39,932 bases of DNA, from NCBI GenBank assembly GCA_003568945.1, contig BDIP01000036.1:1-39932 (forward strand). Reading direction: 5' to 3'. The DNA is from Kipferlia bialata. Taxonomy: Eukaryota. A model generated the notes under the pieces. It saw only the letters and a program-made list of their open reading frames with translations. It had not been told where the DNA came from and searched no databases. Each line of letters opens with the position of its first letter. Within the stretch, counting starts at the first letter, position 1. Positions 1 through 12,500 of the stretch are shown here, in pieces. The position numbers and the translations under genes are program-made.

Positions 1-1398
1 CCCCTACCCAAGAGGTGGTACATGTCCTCACTCCTATGTACACTATGTACGAGCCCACTGGAAGAGCCATTACTCCACATAGGTATTGATGACAGTCGGC
101 CCAACTGTAGGTTCCAAAGATTGCTACACCGGAGAGTGACTCTACCAGCTCGTATGACCACCCTTTATCAGCAGAGAATGCAGTGTGGTAGTAACACCGT
201 CTTGGGCCATCCAAAGAGTCAGGGGAGACACCAAGTACTATGCGGTGCATCACCCCATTCACCGTGATCGCTTGGGTAGATGGAGCTCCTGTTTGTCAGT
301 TTCCAGTGTTTCACAAACCAGAAAGAACTCTGTTGGTACCTTTGCGTGTGGTAATGGGGCACCTATCCTGCTCTTCCCAGGTACCCTGGTGCCTCCTACC
401 GAAAGACCACCAAGGTCTCTTACCATGGGGATCATACAGCCATGTGTCACCATCATACCTAACCAATAGGATACGATGATCCAATCGAATCCAGACCTGT
501 TAGGGTGATGCCATATTCATAAGAAATCCATCGAAACATAGTTAGGCGTACATAAATGTGGCAACTGCTCTTCGGGAGCGCTGTACCTTTACGACCCGGA
601 ATGCAAGGTCAGCCGCCATCGTCAACTCCCTGAACTTATCTGAAGTTATCAGGCATGACAAGAGATAAAAGGGATACCACTGATGTCATTTCTATGCAGT
701 TGGTCTAACAAACTCTTCTAACCACATCAAAGACTCTCTTAAGGACTCCGGAAGACACTATAGTTGTAATAGTGATCTGTGACTAGAGGTCAGTCTCTTT
801 CTTACCTGTATCGAGTGAATACACCCCGATAGTGGATAAACAGTCCCTGGAACAGAGGTACGCCTGTAGAAGTCAGATATGAGCTAGCAATTTGACCTGT
901 AGATTCTAAGGGAGACTGTCCGTTGTAGACGCGTAATGGATACATGGACTTTACCTTGCCTCCTACAGATGCTGCAAAGTCTCTCAGAGTCAGGTTGTCC
1001 GAGTCACTGTCTCTCCACAGAAAGCTCCTCCTACGTCCACTCTTCGGAGCTGCAACTCGCTTAACCTCCATTCCCATACCCTCGCTGTCCACCGAACACT
1101 CTATCAGTCCTGCATGGTTGAGCAGTAACCCCCTCCCTACTCCTGTTGGAAAGAACCAGTCGTGCGGGTACTCACGACGCTCCATGATCCAGTCACATAG
1201 CTCAGTTGGAACCCGCCTCAGTTGCAGAACGGGAGGGACTCTGTTACGCACTGGCCTCATATCCCACTGATCTGCTTCCAGGTCTCTAAGCTTCAGGGGT
1301 TGGGGTGTCATGACGGACTGTAGGGCGAGGTCTCTGCGAATACTTGGAGAGACTGACGAGGTACCGACGGAGTTCGCATCCAATGTTGAGGGTTTCAA
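1..1398 (-). CDS. Hypothetical protein (multi-exon, runs off the left edge; exon structure and start unresolved)
   Basis: 198-aa ORF at 802-1398 ends at a strong donor (TACAG|GTAAG ~806). Further open minus-strand frames at 259-456 and ~1-255 (VMHRIVLGVSPDSLDGPRRCYYHTAFSADKGVVIRAGRV...). The region lacks intron-type microsatellites. No domain recognised, and I could not join the phases cleanly. Confidence 0.4.
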
Positions 1399-1842
1399 TT
1401 TGAGACCATCTCATGTACGCGGGTGGCGTCGCAATGCAAGTCGCATGAGGGCAACTGTTCAGCTGTCCCAGTCTCAACACGACACCCAGGACAATTGTCG
1501 TATAGGACTCACACCATTATTGTAGGGGTGAACTCCATTGCTTAAACAGTCCCAACAGATGTTGAACCATAAATGAACACATATAAACTAATCTATTATA
1601 CTGAATGGCGGACAAGTTGTTATCAATGACCGTCCAACACACACTCTACACCTCTCTCTGTCTCCCGCAGCCAGTAATGTGTATCAGAAACACCCACTTC
1701 CATCCCCCTATCCACACGGCCACTCATCGGTGACACCAAAGCACTCCTCCCCCCCCCCTCTCTCTCTTACTCCACGTTCAGATAACCACACCCAATGTGA
1801 TCCGAGTCCCAACTAATCATCTCACTTGTGACTAAACCTCAA

Positions 1843-1877
<35 letters not shown>

Positions 1878-1885
1878 CCCCCACC

Positions 1886-4800
1886 TCACTCCATGTTGAG
1901 TGGGTCAAACCCATCTGACACCTCCCAGTCGCTGTCGTCAGACACACTCTCCCACGGCATCTCTGGGGTGAGGGGTGCATAAGAAACACATATTTTAATT
2001 ATGCCATCCAACACATATACATAGCTGAAGTATCCAATATCTACAGCAAAGACACATCCATATTCTGCAAACTAACATATACAATACTGGCGTCCCCCAT
2101 CCCAATTGTCATTGTGGTTGCTGTCAATACACGAAACACTGCAATATATGATCCAGTATCTACAACCATTAATAGTTAATCATTCATGTACTAAGTACCT
2201 GCGTCCCCCATCCCAATTGTCATTGTGGGTGCTGGTGTCCTCTGGGCAGACAGACCAGACAGGCCTGGGAACCCACCCAGCATGGACGCAAAGATGTCTG
2301 TGGTTAGTCCACAATACACCATTTAGAGGCTGTTCTAGAGATAGAATGAATGAAGTTATCACCAAGAACACATACATACACAACGAGAATAGTATGGATG
2401 GCACTATCAATACAAATACTGAATAGTGAGTTGTTGTAACACATGACTTCGCACCTGCGAATCTGGTCCCCCCATCTCCTGTGACCCCGTTGTCTGACTG
2501 GAGGAGGGAGAGCAGTCTGGTGCGGAGCTCAGGGGTCTGGGGGTCAGTGTGTACTGACAGATATAATAGTATTGGTATATACACAATGAACACACACCTG
2601 CATCCCTGTCAGTTATATCACCACTAAGAACTCCTATTCTCTCTCTCACACACGCACACATACATAAATACATACACACCTGCATCCCCGTGAGTGCCGC
2701 ACTCTGCTTGTCAAAGTCTTCAGACATGCGCCAGGCCTAGTGTGAGAGAGGTATACATTATTATACACTACGAGGTCAATGTAGCTAAAGAACACCAGGC
2801 TTAGGGTGGAAGAGGAGTTTCTTTTCATCTATAGAAGACCAACACGTAACCCCCCACCTGCTGGTAGCACGTGTCGGTTGACCCCTTCTCTATGAGTCTG
2901 TCGATCAGGACAGACCGGATGCGGATGCACCGACGCACAGTTCTAGGGGGTGAGGAGATAATCCAGGGATTATGTACCAGGCCCTATAATATGTGAACAC
3001 AAGTCCATACCTCATGCCCCTGAGTGTGGCTATGGGGCACTTGACCTCATATATATCTATATAACCAGAGCGATATACATACATATACATATATATGTAT
3101 ATACACATATATATACACCCACCTCATCCCCCTGAGTGTGGCTATGGGGCACTTGAACTTGGATGTGGCAGGGCCAGAGGCTAGCTGGAACTCAATGGAC
3201 ACCTGGGAGTGAGGAGTATAAATGTGGAGTGATTCCAAGTCAGGCTTCTGCCATAACTACAGACATACCCTGGGTGTCTTCCTGTCCTGCTGTCTCTCAG
3301 CCCTGGACACTGAGCGACTGAACACAAAGGGCAGGACAAGGTGGGCATGGCTGATATAAGACATAGAGACATCATCATACAACACAGCATATACAAGACA
3401 ATGGAAGACATGTTTGTAGGTGGGCATGGCTGATGTTGGAGAGGGACAGTCCTCTAGACACTAGTCAATCCATATAGGAATGCCTGTATGTATACTATGC
3501 CTCACCTCATGTCATCTGGTAGGAGTGTCAGCATCTCACACCTCACCCTGCCCATGGCTGAGGTGGCCCTGGAGGTAAGATACATAAACTGATATCATGT
3601 CTACCATATATACTACTATCCACCACACCTCGTAACCGCAGCCACCATCAGACACCCATTTCTTATATACATACATACATGTATATGTATAGTGATATAT
3701 ATGGGTACCTAGTCACGGCCGCCACCATGAGACACCCATTTCATATATATATGTATATATATATGATTCGGGTGAATACACAGTGAACAATATATATATA
3801 TATATATGTACATGTATATACCTTGTGACCGCCGCCACCATCAGACACCCATTTCATATATATATGTATATATATGATTCGTGGTGATCAACAATATATA
3901 TATCTATACATACATATATGTATATGTATATACCTAGTCACGGCCGCCACCATCAGACACCCATTTCATATATATATATGTATATATATGATTCGGATAT
4001 ATATATACACACATATGTATATACCTCGTAACCGCAGCCACCATGAGGCACCCGTCCCCCTTGAAGGCTGACCCATCAGCCAGTAGAGACATGTCCACAT
4101 GACCAACAGGCTGGACAAGGGAGATGCGAGAGATGAAGGGGGGCCTGGGATGAGACAATGCACATACCACTATCCATTACAGTATGTACTCTGAAGGGGG
4201 GGGGGGGGCTACAGGTTAGAATAGTGATGAAACAACACTAGGCTTTAGGACCTCAGTTGTATCACGGGAGGTATACAGTGTAATAATGATACCGACGTAC
4301 CTCCCACCCACACTGCGTGTGTATGCAAGGTCATACACTGCACTGGAGTTGGGGTGGAGGTAGGCCTGCTTGGAGGGACGGGCATAGCTGATGCGGCCGG
4401 AGGGGTCTGGGGGAGTGAGGAGGGCATTAATACACTGGAACACAAGTGATATATAGATACTCTTGTCGTCACAATCAGCCTCACCCTGCTTCAGGAATGG
4501 CTCCCCAGGTCTGTAGATGGCAGGAAGGGCAAAGACCGTCAGAAGGGCCTTGGGGTTAGTACAACACGCACATACATATGCATACACTGAGAAGTTGTAA
4601 TGCTACTTCATATACCTCGTGCAGTGGGTATCTGGGGAATGCCTGGGGCTTGTCGTTCTTGGTGGCATAGAGGTAGTGGCCCCTGGACCTGGCCTTGGCC
4701 TATGGGGTCAGTGGTATTATATGCACACGTATACTATCCTGAGAGCTATAGTATAGATGTATACATATATCAGTATACTACCTTGATAGTACCAGCCTTG

Positions 4801-6841
4801 CACCCCGGGACACACCTCTCCAGCATGTCCACAAACTGAGAGGACGCTCTGCCATCAAGAGAGACAGACTCGGGGGTGGTCTCCTAATATTAATGGGTAT
4901 GAGTATATGACTATCTAGTGGGAGAGAGAGAGACACGGCCATCGAGGGATACATACTTGACGGTGGTCTCCTGATGGTTGAGACAGAAGTAATGGCATTG
5001 TAGAGCGTATATAGGTACAACATATGTACAATAGACAGGGTAATCTAGGGAGACAGACTCGGGGGTCTCCTATACAATGAGTCATTAGATATACTGGTAC
5101 ATATAAGTGAATCACACACACTATAAATACAGGTGCATGATACCTATGACACCAACACCCACAAAACAGTATATATACAAGTATATATACACAAAAAATG
5201 TACCCCCATACCTGTGCCTGATACCTCCTTGCCACTGCCTTCTTGTCATTCAACATGGGGATCACAGACTCACTCTGACATTAGTATAGAGAGTATAAGT
5301 AAGTAATAAGTACGATACATCAAACTAGAATGTATAGAGATAGGTATGTCATTCAACATGAGGATCACATACTCACTCTGAAGGGTTAGGGTATGTCCCA
5401 AGAAAGAGAGAAGTCCAATTATGACATCTTCTAGTGAATAGTAGTTGCGCAGAGTACTTCCGACTTAGAGTGTCAGTGCCTCACCCTGACGAGCATACAT
5501 GTCTCTAGGTTACTGGCAGCTATCAGGACCTCCAGGGCCAGGGCGTGGTTGTAGGCTGGGGTCAGGTATAACTGTATAGTGTGATAATGGTTAGTGCGTG
5601 GTTGAAGGCTAGTTAGAGGAATACGCGTGGTAACACTTAACGGTTAGTGTTATGAATGATACTCACAGTCTGTGCCTGGTCCCTCCCCCATTGTGATGTA
5701 CTGCTGGGTGGTCTGCACGGTGGCTGGGTCAAGGCCTGGGGTGAGTGAACGATTTTGTATTCTTTTGTATTGTGGCGACTACTGATTCCAAGATGAGACA
5801 CGGAAATATATTGAGAATGGCCCCGAGACTGACTGGAGACAGGACAGGAGTTGTGATTAGAATGAATGATAATCCTATATCTCACATTACTTTGACGTTC
5901 AACAATAGAACAACAGTACCTGGCAGATCTAGCAGTGTGCTCCCCTGGCCGTGCATGGCAGTGTCACCTGGGGTTAAGAAGGATATATACTATTTCATAC
6001 ATGATGCTAGAGAGAAATGCGAGTCATGTGCCTCCTATCTATACCTGCCCCTCTCTCCCTTGTCTGCCTTGGCAGGTGGGGCATGTTGTCCAGGCACTCC
6101 TGCACCTGCAGCCTGGGTTACTACCGATCACTAGACATATAGCACACACTGATACTACTGGTGTATTCATACTAATAGTTGATACATACGAATACCGACT
6201 CACCTGACTGCCTCGTTGATCTCCTCCACCTCCTCAGGGACATCCTGAGGTGAGACATATATCAAAAAATATTATGAAAGGAGGAATATTGTCCAGGCAG
6301 TGAGATATCGTTTAACTATTGTACAGGAATAGACGTAATAATGGTAGAGGTCTATCTCATAGACATATCCCCCTCACCTCCTCCTCCTCCCCTGGTCCCT
6401 CAGAGACCTCGAGGTCCTCGGGGGTCAGCATCTGGGGTAAGGTAGAGAGGAACACAACACACACGTCAGCCGACCACAATAGCGATTGTGTACCCATGTG
6501 CCCTCCCACCTTGATGTTGGAGCCCAGTTCCTCCTCTTCACTCTCCTCCTCCTCTTCCTCTGCCTCCTCCTCTGACACATCATCTATCCAGTGGGGGTCA
6601 TCCCCAACAGGGGTCTGGATTAGCGTATTGTATAAACAGAGAGAGAGAGAGGGAGAGAGAGGAACATCATCTATCCAGTGGGGATTGTCGCCAACGGGGT
6701 CTAGGGCAAGCGTAATATATATACGTAGGGTAAGTGTAATATATACATATATATATATATAGAGAGAGAGAGGGAGAGAGAGAGATAGATCGAGTCTATC
6801 CAGTGGGGGTCATCGCCAACAGGGGCCTAGGGTAAGTGTAT

Positions 6842-6878
<37 letters not shown>

Positions 6879-9482
6879 TATGATCCTGTCCAGTGGGGGT
6901 CGTCACCAACAGGGGTCTAGGGTTAATGTCTACTATATGTATATATGACCTCACACACATATAGGCATTGCCCTACCTCCTCCTCCCCTGCCTGCTCCTG
7001 TGCCACTATCCTGACAATGTCCAGTCTATCACCCATCTTCCTAGGATTAGAGTATTATACTGGTGAATATATTAGAGCGAATAATTAATCTATATATGGT
7101 AAATAATGTCGATTAGAGTCACATAGTATACATGGTTGAATTCAGAGACACTGATGGAATAGATATTGAATGACGTAGAGTGTGGGGTATGTATATATGT
7201 TGAGTATATACCTAGCCTTCTCGTGATTATCCCCATATTGCATATTGTATACATGGTATGGTATAAGGTATTTCATATTATGCGTTACAGATACGCACAC
7301 CTCGCCATCTCGTGCTTGGGGGGTCTAGGGATTCTCTGATCCGGCTGTGCTACTCTCAACCATATATATATATACATATATATATGTATGTATATATATT
7401 ATACGTATCAACATCTATACCTCGCCATCTCGTGCTTGGGAGGCCTAGGTGTTAGGCCATATCGGGACAGAGACCACAGCACATCCAGGACTGGGGGTGG
7501 GTTCGGAGGCATATGATGATAATTCAGATCCCTAAGCGAATAATAACACATGCCACATATACATCCTATCAACAATATGTATAAACACACACATACATAC
7601 AAAGACTCACCCAGGTCATCCAGGTCCCTCAGCTTGAACTGACTCAGCCACTGGTCTGGCTGGTCTAGCCACTGGAACTCGGCCTGGGTTTACACTCAAC
7701 TAAGATACAAATAGGAACACATTATTAGTATTTATCATATCAGAGTCTATCAGGCACAACCACATACCTCTGGGGACACCCCACTAGCCCCACTGGTCTG
7801 GCCCCCAAGGGTACCTGCCCCATGCTGTCTGGGGGGTGAGGGGTATATGAATACATATGTGTACATACATACATGAATATATATGGTACCAGAGCATACA
7901 ATATTATGAATTGACTCCCACCTGTTTCTGAGCCAGAACACATATGCGTTGTACCCGGCTATGCTGTCAGACCGGGTGCACAGGGCATATCTGGGGTGGG
8001 ACTGTATGGATAGTGATGCAATTGAGAGTGTGATTACATTAAGCTTGAATGATGGAGCACAATTGTTGTATATGACACATGTCTTTAGTCGTGTATGAGT
8101 AACCTTGGACCGTGGTTTACGGAACACACATCTCCATTCTCATACCTCCTGAGTGCCCTGAGGCTTGTGGGTGCCACTGTCTGGGGGGTCTTGATAGGAC
8201 TGCCCCTGGGGGGTGAGAGGGAGCATTAGTAGTGGTTATATTGATGACAAAACACACGAGAAAGACACGGTTCATGTAGAGACTCTGTACCCTACCTAGA
8301 TGCCAGTGCTGCCAGTATGACTGCCTCCTGGGGGATGCCTAGGGGGGTGAGGCAGAGAGAAGTGTATACTCGGTATAATGGAAATACACTGATAATTCTC
8401 TGGATACACGCCTAGGGGGTTAGGGAGAGAGTAGTAACTATAGCTACAATGTAAACACACTGATACACACTGGATAAACACCTACGCATAGTCCCAGGTA
8501 CACCAAGTACACTCTGATACACAATGGTAGTTCTTCCCAAGTATATAATGTACCCACCTAGGCATAGTCCCAGATACACCATGAGACTGCCAATAATACA
8601 ATTAAAAGATATGCATTACTATAATACATTCACACCTAGGCATAGTCCCAGATACACCATGAGACTGCCAGATAGGGACAGAGGCAGGTGTGTGGCCAGG
8701 GTGCCCAGGGGTGTACGGGTGTAGGTGTCACCTAGGGCCTTGATGAAGCCTGGGGGTGGGAAGGCAGAATATACTCTACATTCACACATATCTCACTATG
8801 TCATGAGGATACTAACAGTACACATATATATGATCCACGTATATATAATTATTACTATACCCACCCATGTTGTTGAGCATGATGACTGCATTCCTCAGGC
8901 TGTTGAGACTGGGTCTGTCCGGCACATGCTGAAGAAGGTCGAGGGGGTCGGTGCCTGAGGTCAGGACAGTGCCTGGTAATCCACTGTATGTTTACTCATT
9001 CCATATGGCATATAATGCTAACAGCTTGTTCCCACATGTACACCCACCTGTCCTGAGGTTGAGTGTCCTGAGGATGGTCTCTGTGAGTGACACCCTCTGG
9101 ATCTCCGGGACAGGGCGCTGGTGCATGGCAGAGTGGAAGGTGACCTAGGAGTTAGACAGGGTACGTAGCAGGAAAATGATTGACAAACTGGTGTACTATA
9201 TCTCTGAAGTGAATTAATATATATGTATAGTGACTGTACCTGTGGCACCAGCCTGACACACTCAGCATACATGCATATCTTCAACGTATATATTTCCTAT
9301 ATAATACTCAGCCTGATTACACACAGTTCATACGGATTCTGGTGCAGAGACCAAACTAATATGAAGTGTTTAAAACATAGTACAACCCTACCAACCAACG
9401 CACCTGTGGCACCAGCCTGACACACACTGCGGGTCCCATCCTGCCCACCCGGCCAGACCTCTGTCGGCAGGCATCCTGATAC

Positions 9483-9532
<50 letters not shown>

Positions 9533-12500
9533 AATATGAAATGGTAGCAGTTCATACCTGCGACGCATAGACTGTGACCAGCTCATCTATCTTGGTGGAC
9601 TCGTTGTATCTGAGCTCGTTGACCACACATGTGTCTATGCTGTACAGGACAGCGGGTAGGGTGATGGAGGACTCAGCGATGTTGGTGGCTAGCACGACCT
9701 AACGGTAAGAACACATATAACCCGGCAAGCGGTAGGAAACGTGCGCTACCAAAAGTCTCATATCATGTATGCACCTTGAATGCCCCGTCCTGGGGTCTCT
9801 CCAGTGCACGGGTCTGCTCTGGAGGTCAGTGTCAAAGTCATTACGTATAGACTCCATCTATGTGTAAAATAACGTATGTGTAAAATAACGTACGTGTAAA
9901 ATAACGTATGTGTAAAATACCGTATGTGTAAAATAACGTAATATATCCATATACACCTGCCGGTGGCACTGAGGAGTGCAGGATGCATATGTCAAACAGA
10001 CGGGCAGGGACGTATCTCGCGTTTCTGCGCCTCTGGTAGCCCCTGGGGGTGAGAGGGGAGAATATCAAGTCTCGTACAAACCTATAGACACATAGTAGAT
10101 CAACAATATGTACCTCAGTATGAACCCCTCTGTGTCTTCCAGCATCGCCTGTATGCCATGGATCTGGGCAAGGCCCGGCAGGAACACAATGCAGCTTGGG
10201 GTGAGAGAGTAACCTGTTTCTACCAGATTCCAAGTATAAATATGTTTTATCATACCCGAAGTGCTTGTCCAGCAGTCTGTGCATCTGTCTCCTGGTGACA
10301 CAGGGGAGGGGGACCTATTGGTGACATGGTATGCATGATATGGATTTATACGCTTCAGAGTATCATCGGGGAGAGGGACCAGGGGGGAGAACGGCAACGT
10401 ATATATATACAATTAACTGAGTGACATATCCCATACATGCATACTTCTCTCTGCACCTTGACTATAAATACATATGCATACACTCTTTACATCTATACAT
10501 GGGTGAGTATACATATCCTGTACCTGCCTCCTCTGCATCTTGAATATATATATACATACAATATATACTATACTATATACATACATATCCCATACCTGCC
10601 TCCTCTGCATCTTGACCAGCATGGACACTAGAATACATGTATACTATATAATATATACTATACCATATACATATATATATATATCCCATACCTGCCTCCT
10701 CTGCATCTTGACCAGCATGGACACAAGCATCCGAAGGGCAGCAGATGTCACCTGGGGTTAGACATGAATTGGAGTATGATGCTCTGATCCATATAACGCT
10801 ATGTACGTATAAATATACCTGAGTTGGCTGCTGCATGTTGCCAAGGGGTGCATTGGGGTATGTGTTGTTCTTGGGTGCACTGTCTATGGCATAGGGGGCA
10901 TAGTGGTGGCCACGGAAGGTACAGGGACGCCTGGGTGAGATGGAGGTGGATACTAACAGGAATGTACATACTCTTGTCAATTAAAGGAATATGGAGAGTA
11001 ATGAGTGAGATACCCTATAACTATATCCACTCACTTTGGGAAGTGGTTGTAGAGCTCCGCGCACTCGTCTGTGTCCAGATAGACCATCCTGACAGGGTGC
11101 ATCTGTTGAGAGATACTCACAGTGGGGAGGGAGTCCTGCACAGCGTGGTCACCACCCTTAGGGTCAGAGAGGGGTAAAACACCGCGTAATAATATGTATG
11201 TGTTACGTACCCTGAACCCTGCAGGCTGTGTGGCGTTGCTTGGTGCATAAAGTCTAGCCAGGGAGTCCTTGGGAGGGGTGGCAGACATCAGTACAACCCT
11301 GGGGGGTGAGGAATAACCCCAGGATTATAGACCATACACATACTAAGACTATTAGTCACTCATAATTCTTACGGGTAGTGAGACTGTACAGCACCTGAGT
11401 GTGGGCATGACTGAGAGTAGCAGCTTGAGCAGGGCCAGACACAGATCGGTCTCAATACCCCTCTCATGGACCTGGGGTAAGGCAATAGTCCGCGTAAAAA
11501 TCACAACTTCACAGAGCAGATATGTATATGAATATATGTATTTAGTACACCTCATCCACCACCACAATGTCAAAGGGCTCACCTCTACCTCTCTCTCTAT
11601 ATCTATCTATATATACATATCATGTATATATATACACACATATGTATACCTCATCCACCAATACATACACACACACACATACACACACATATATATATAT
11701 ATACACTCTATACCTCATCCACCACTACAATGTCAAATGGCTCATCCGCTGTGGAGGTGGCACTGGTGGAGCCCTCGCCTGGGGGTGAGCTGCATACTGT
11801 AACACTGCTAATATATGGCATACCTAGCAGTGCTATGGGGACAGTGCCGAGGACAGGTAGTTCTGCATAGATAGATACATCAAATACCCTCTATATACTA
11901 TAATAACACACTGTATACCTAATGGGGCCCTAGGTGAGAGAGCTGAGGACAGATAGTTCTGCAGCATCCCGCATGTCATGAAGGTGATACAGGTGGAGGG
12001 GCCACGCTTCTTGTGCTGACCGATGTGGTAGCCAACGGTCTCGCCAACCTGGCGTGAGGTGGAGAGAATACATATAAGGCACACATAAATGAATAGAAAG
12101 AAGTATTATAGTAATAATATATATAATATTATCCAATTCACACAATATGGAGAGTGAGGGAGAGATAGAGGGCAGTATACAATACCTGGCACCCTATCTG
12201 CTCTGCCACTCTGTTGGCCAAGAGGACAGCAGCCAGACGCCTCTGCTGGGCTACGAGGATACGGGCCTGGGGTGATATATAGGAATACATGTATATATAT
12301 ACTACAATTTATTCTTTGATATTTTGAAGATACACCATCAGGTGTATACTCACCTTGTTCTGGGATGCATCGAGCAGGTACACTGGCACTTGGGTACTCT
12401 TGCCTGTGTCAGTATCAGTGTCGGTATCTGAGAATAGTACTTAGGTACTAGGCCCTAGTATCAGTATCCCTTGCCTGACCCAGTCACCCCACTGATCAGA

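Noticed and set aside
1..1560. Possible retrotransposon or other mobile element at the left edge (microsatellite-free, ORF-rich)
   Set aside because: No RT, integrase, transposase or recombinase motifs and no terminal repeats were seen, so I treated it as a hypothetical gene.
3181..3411. Apparent zinc finger (CPLCSVAQC) in the ORF track
   Set aside because: Splice phase puts this exon in another frame (SHAHLVLPFVFSRSVSRAERQQDRKTPR).
3627..4055. Repeat-spacer pattern resembling a CRISPR array
   Set aside because: The repeats are copies of a coding exon end plus donor, the spacers are low-complexity AT tracts, the context is eukaryotic, and no cas genes are present.
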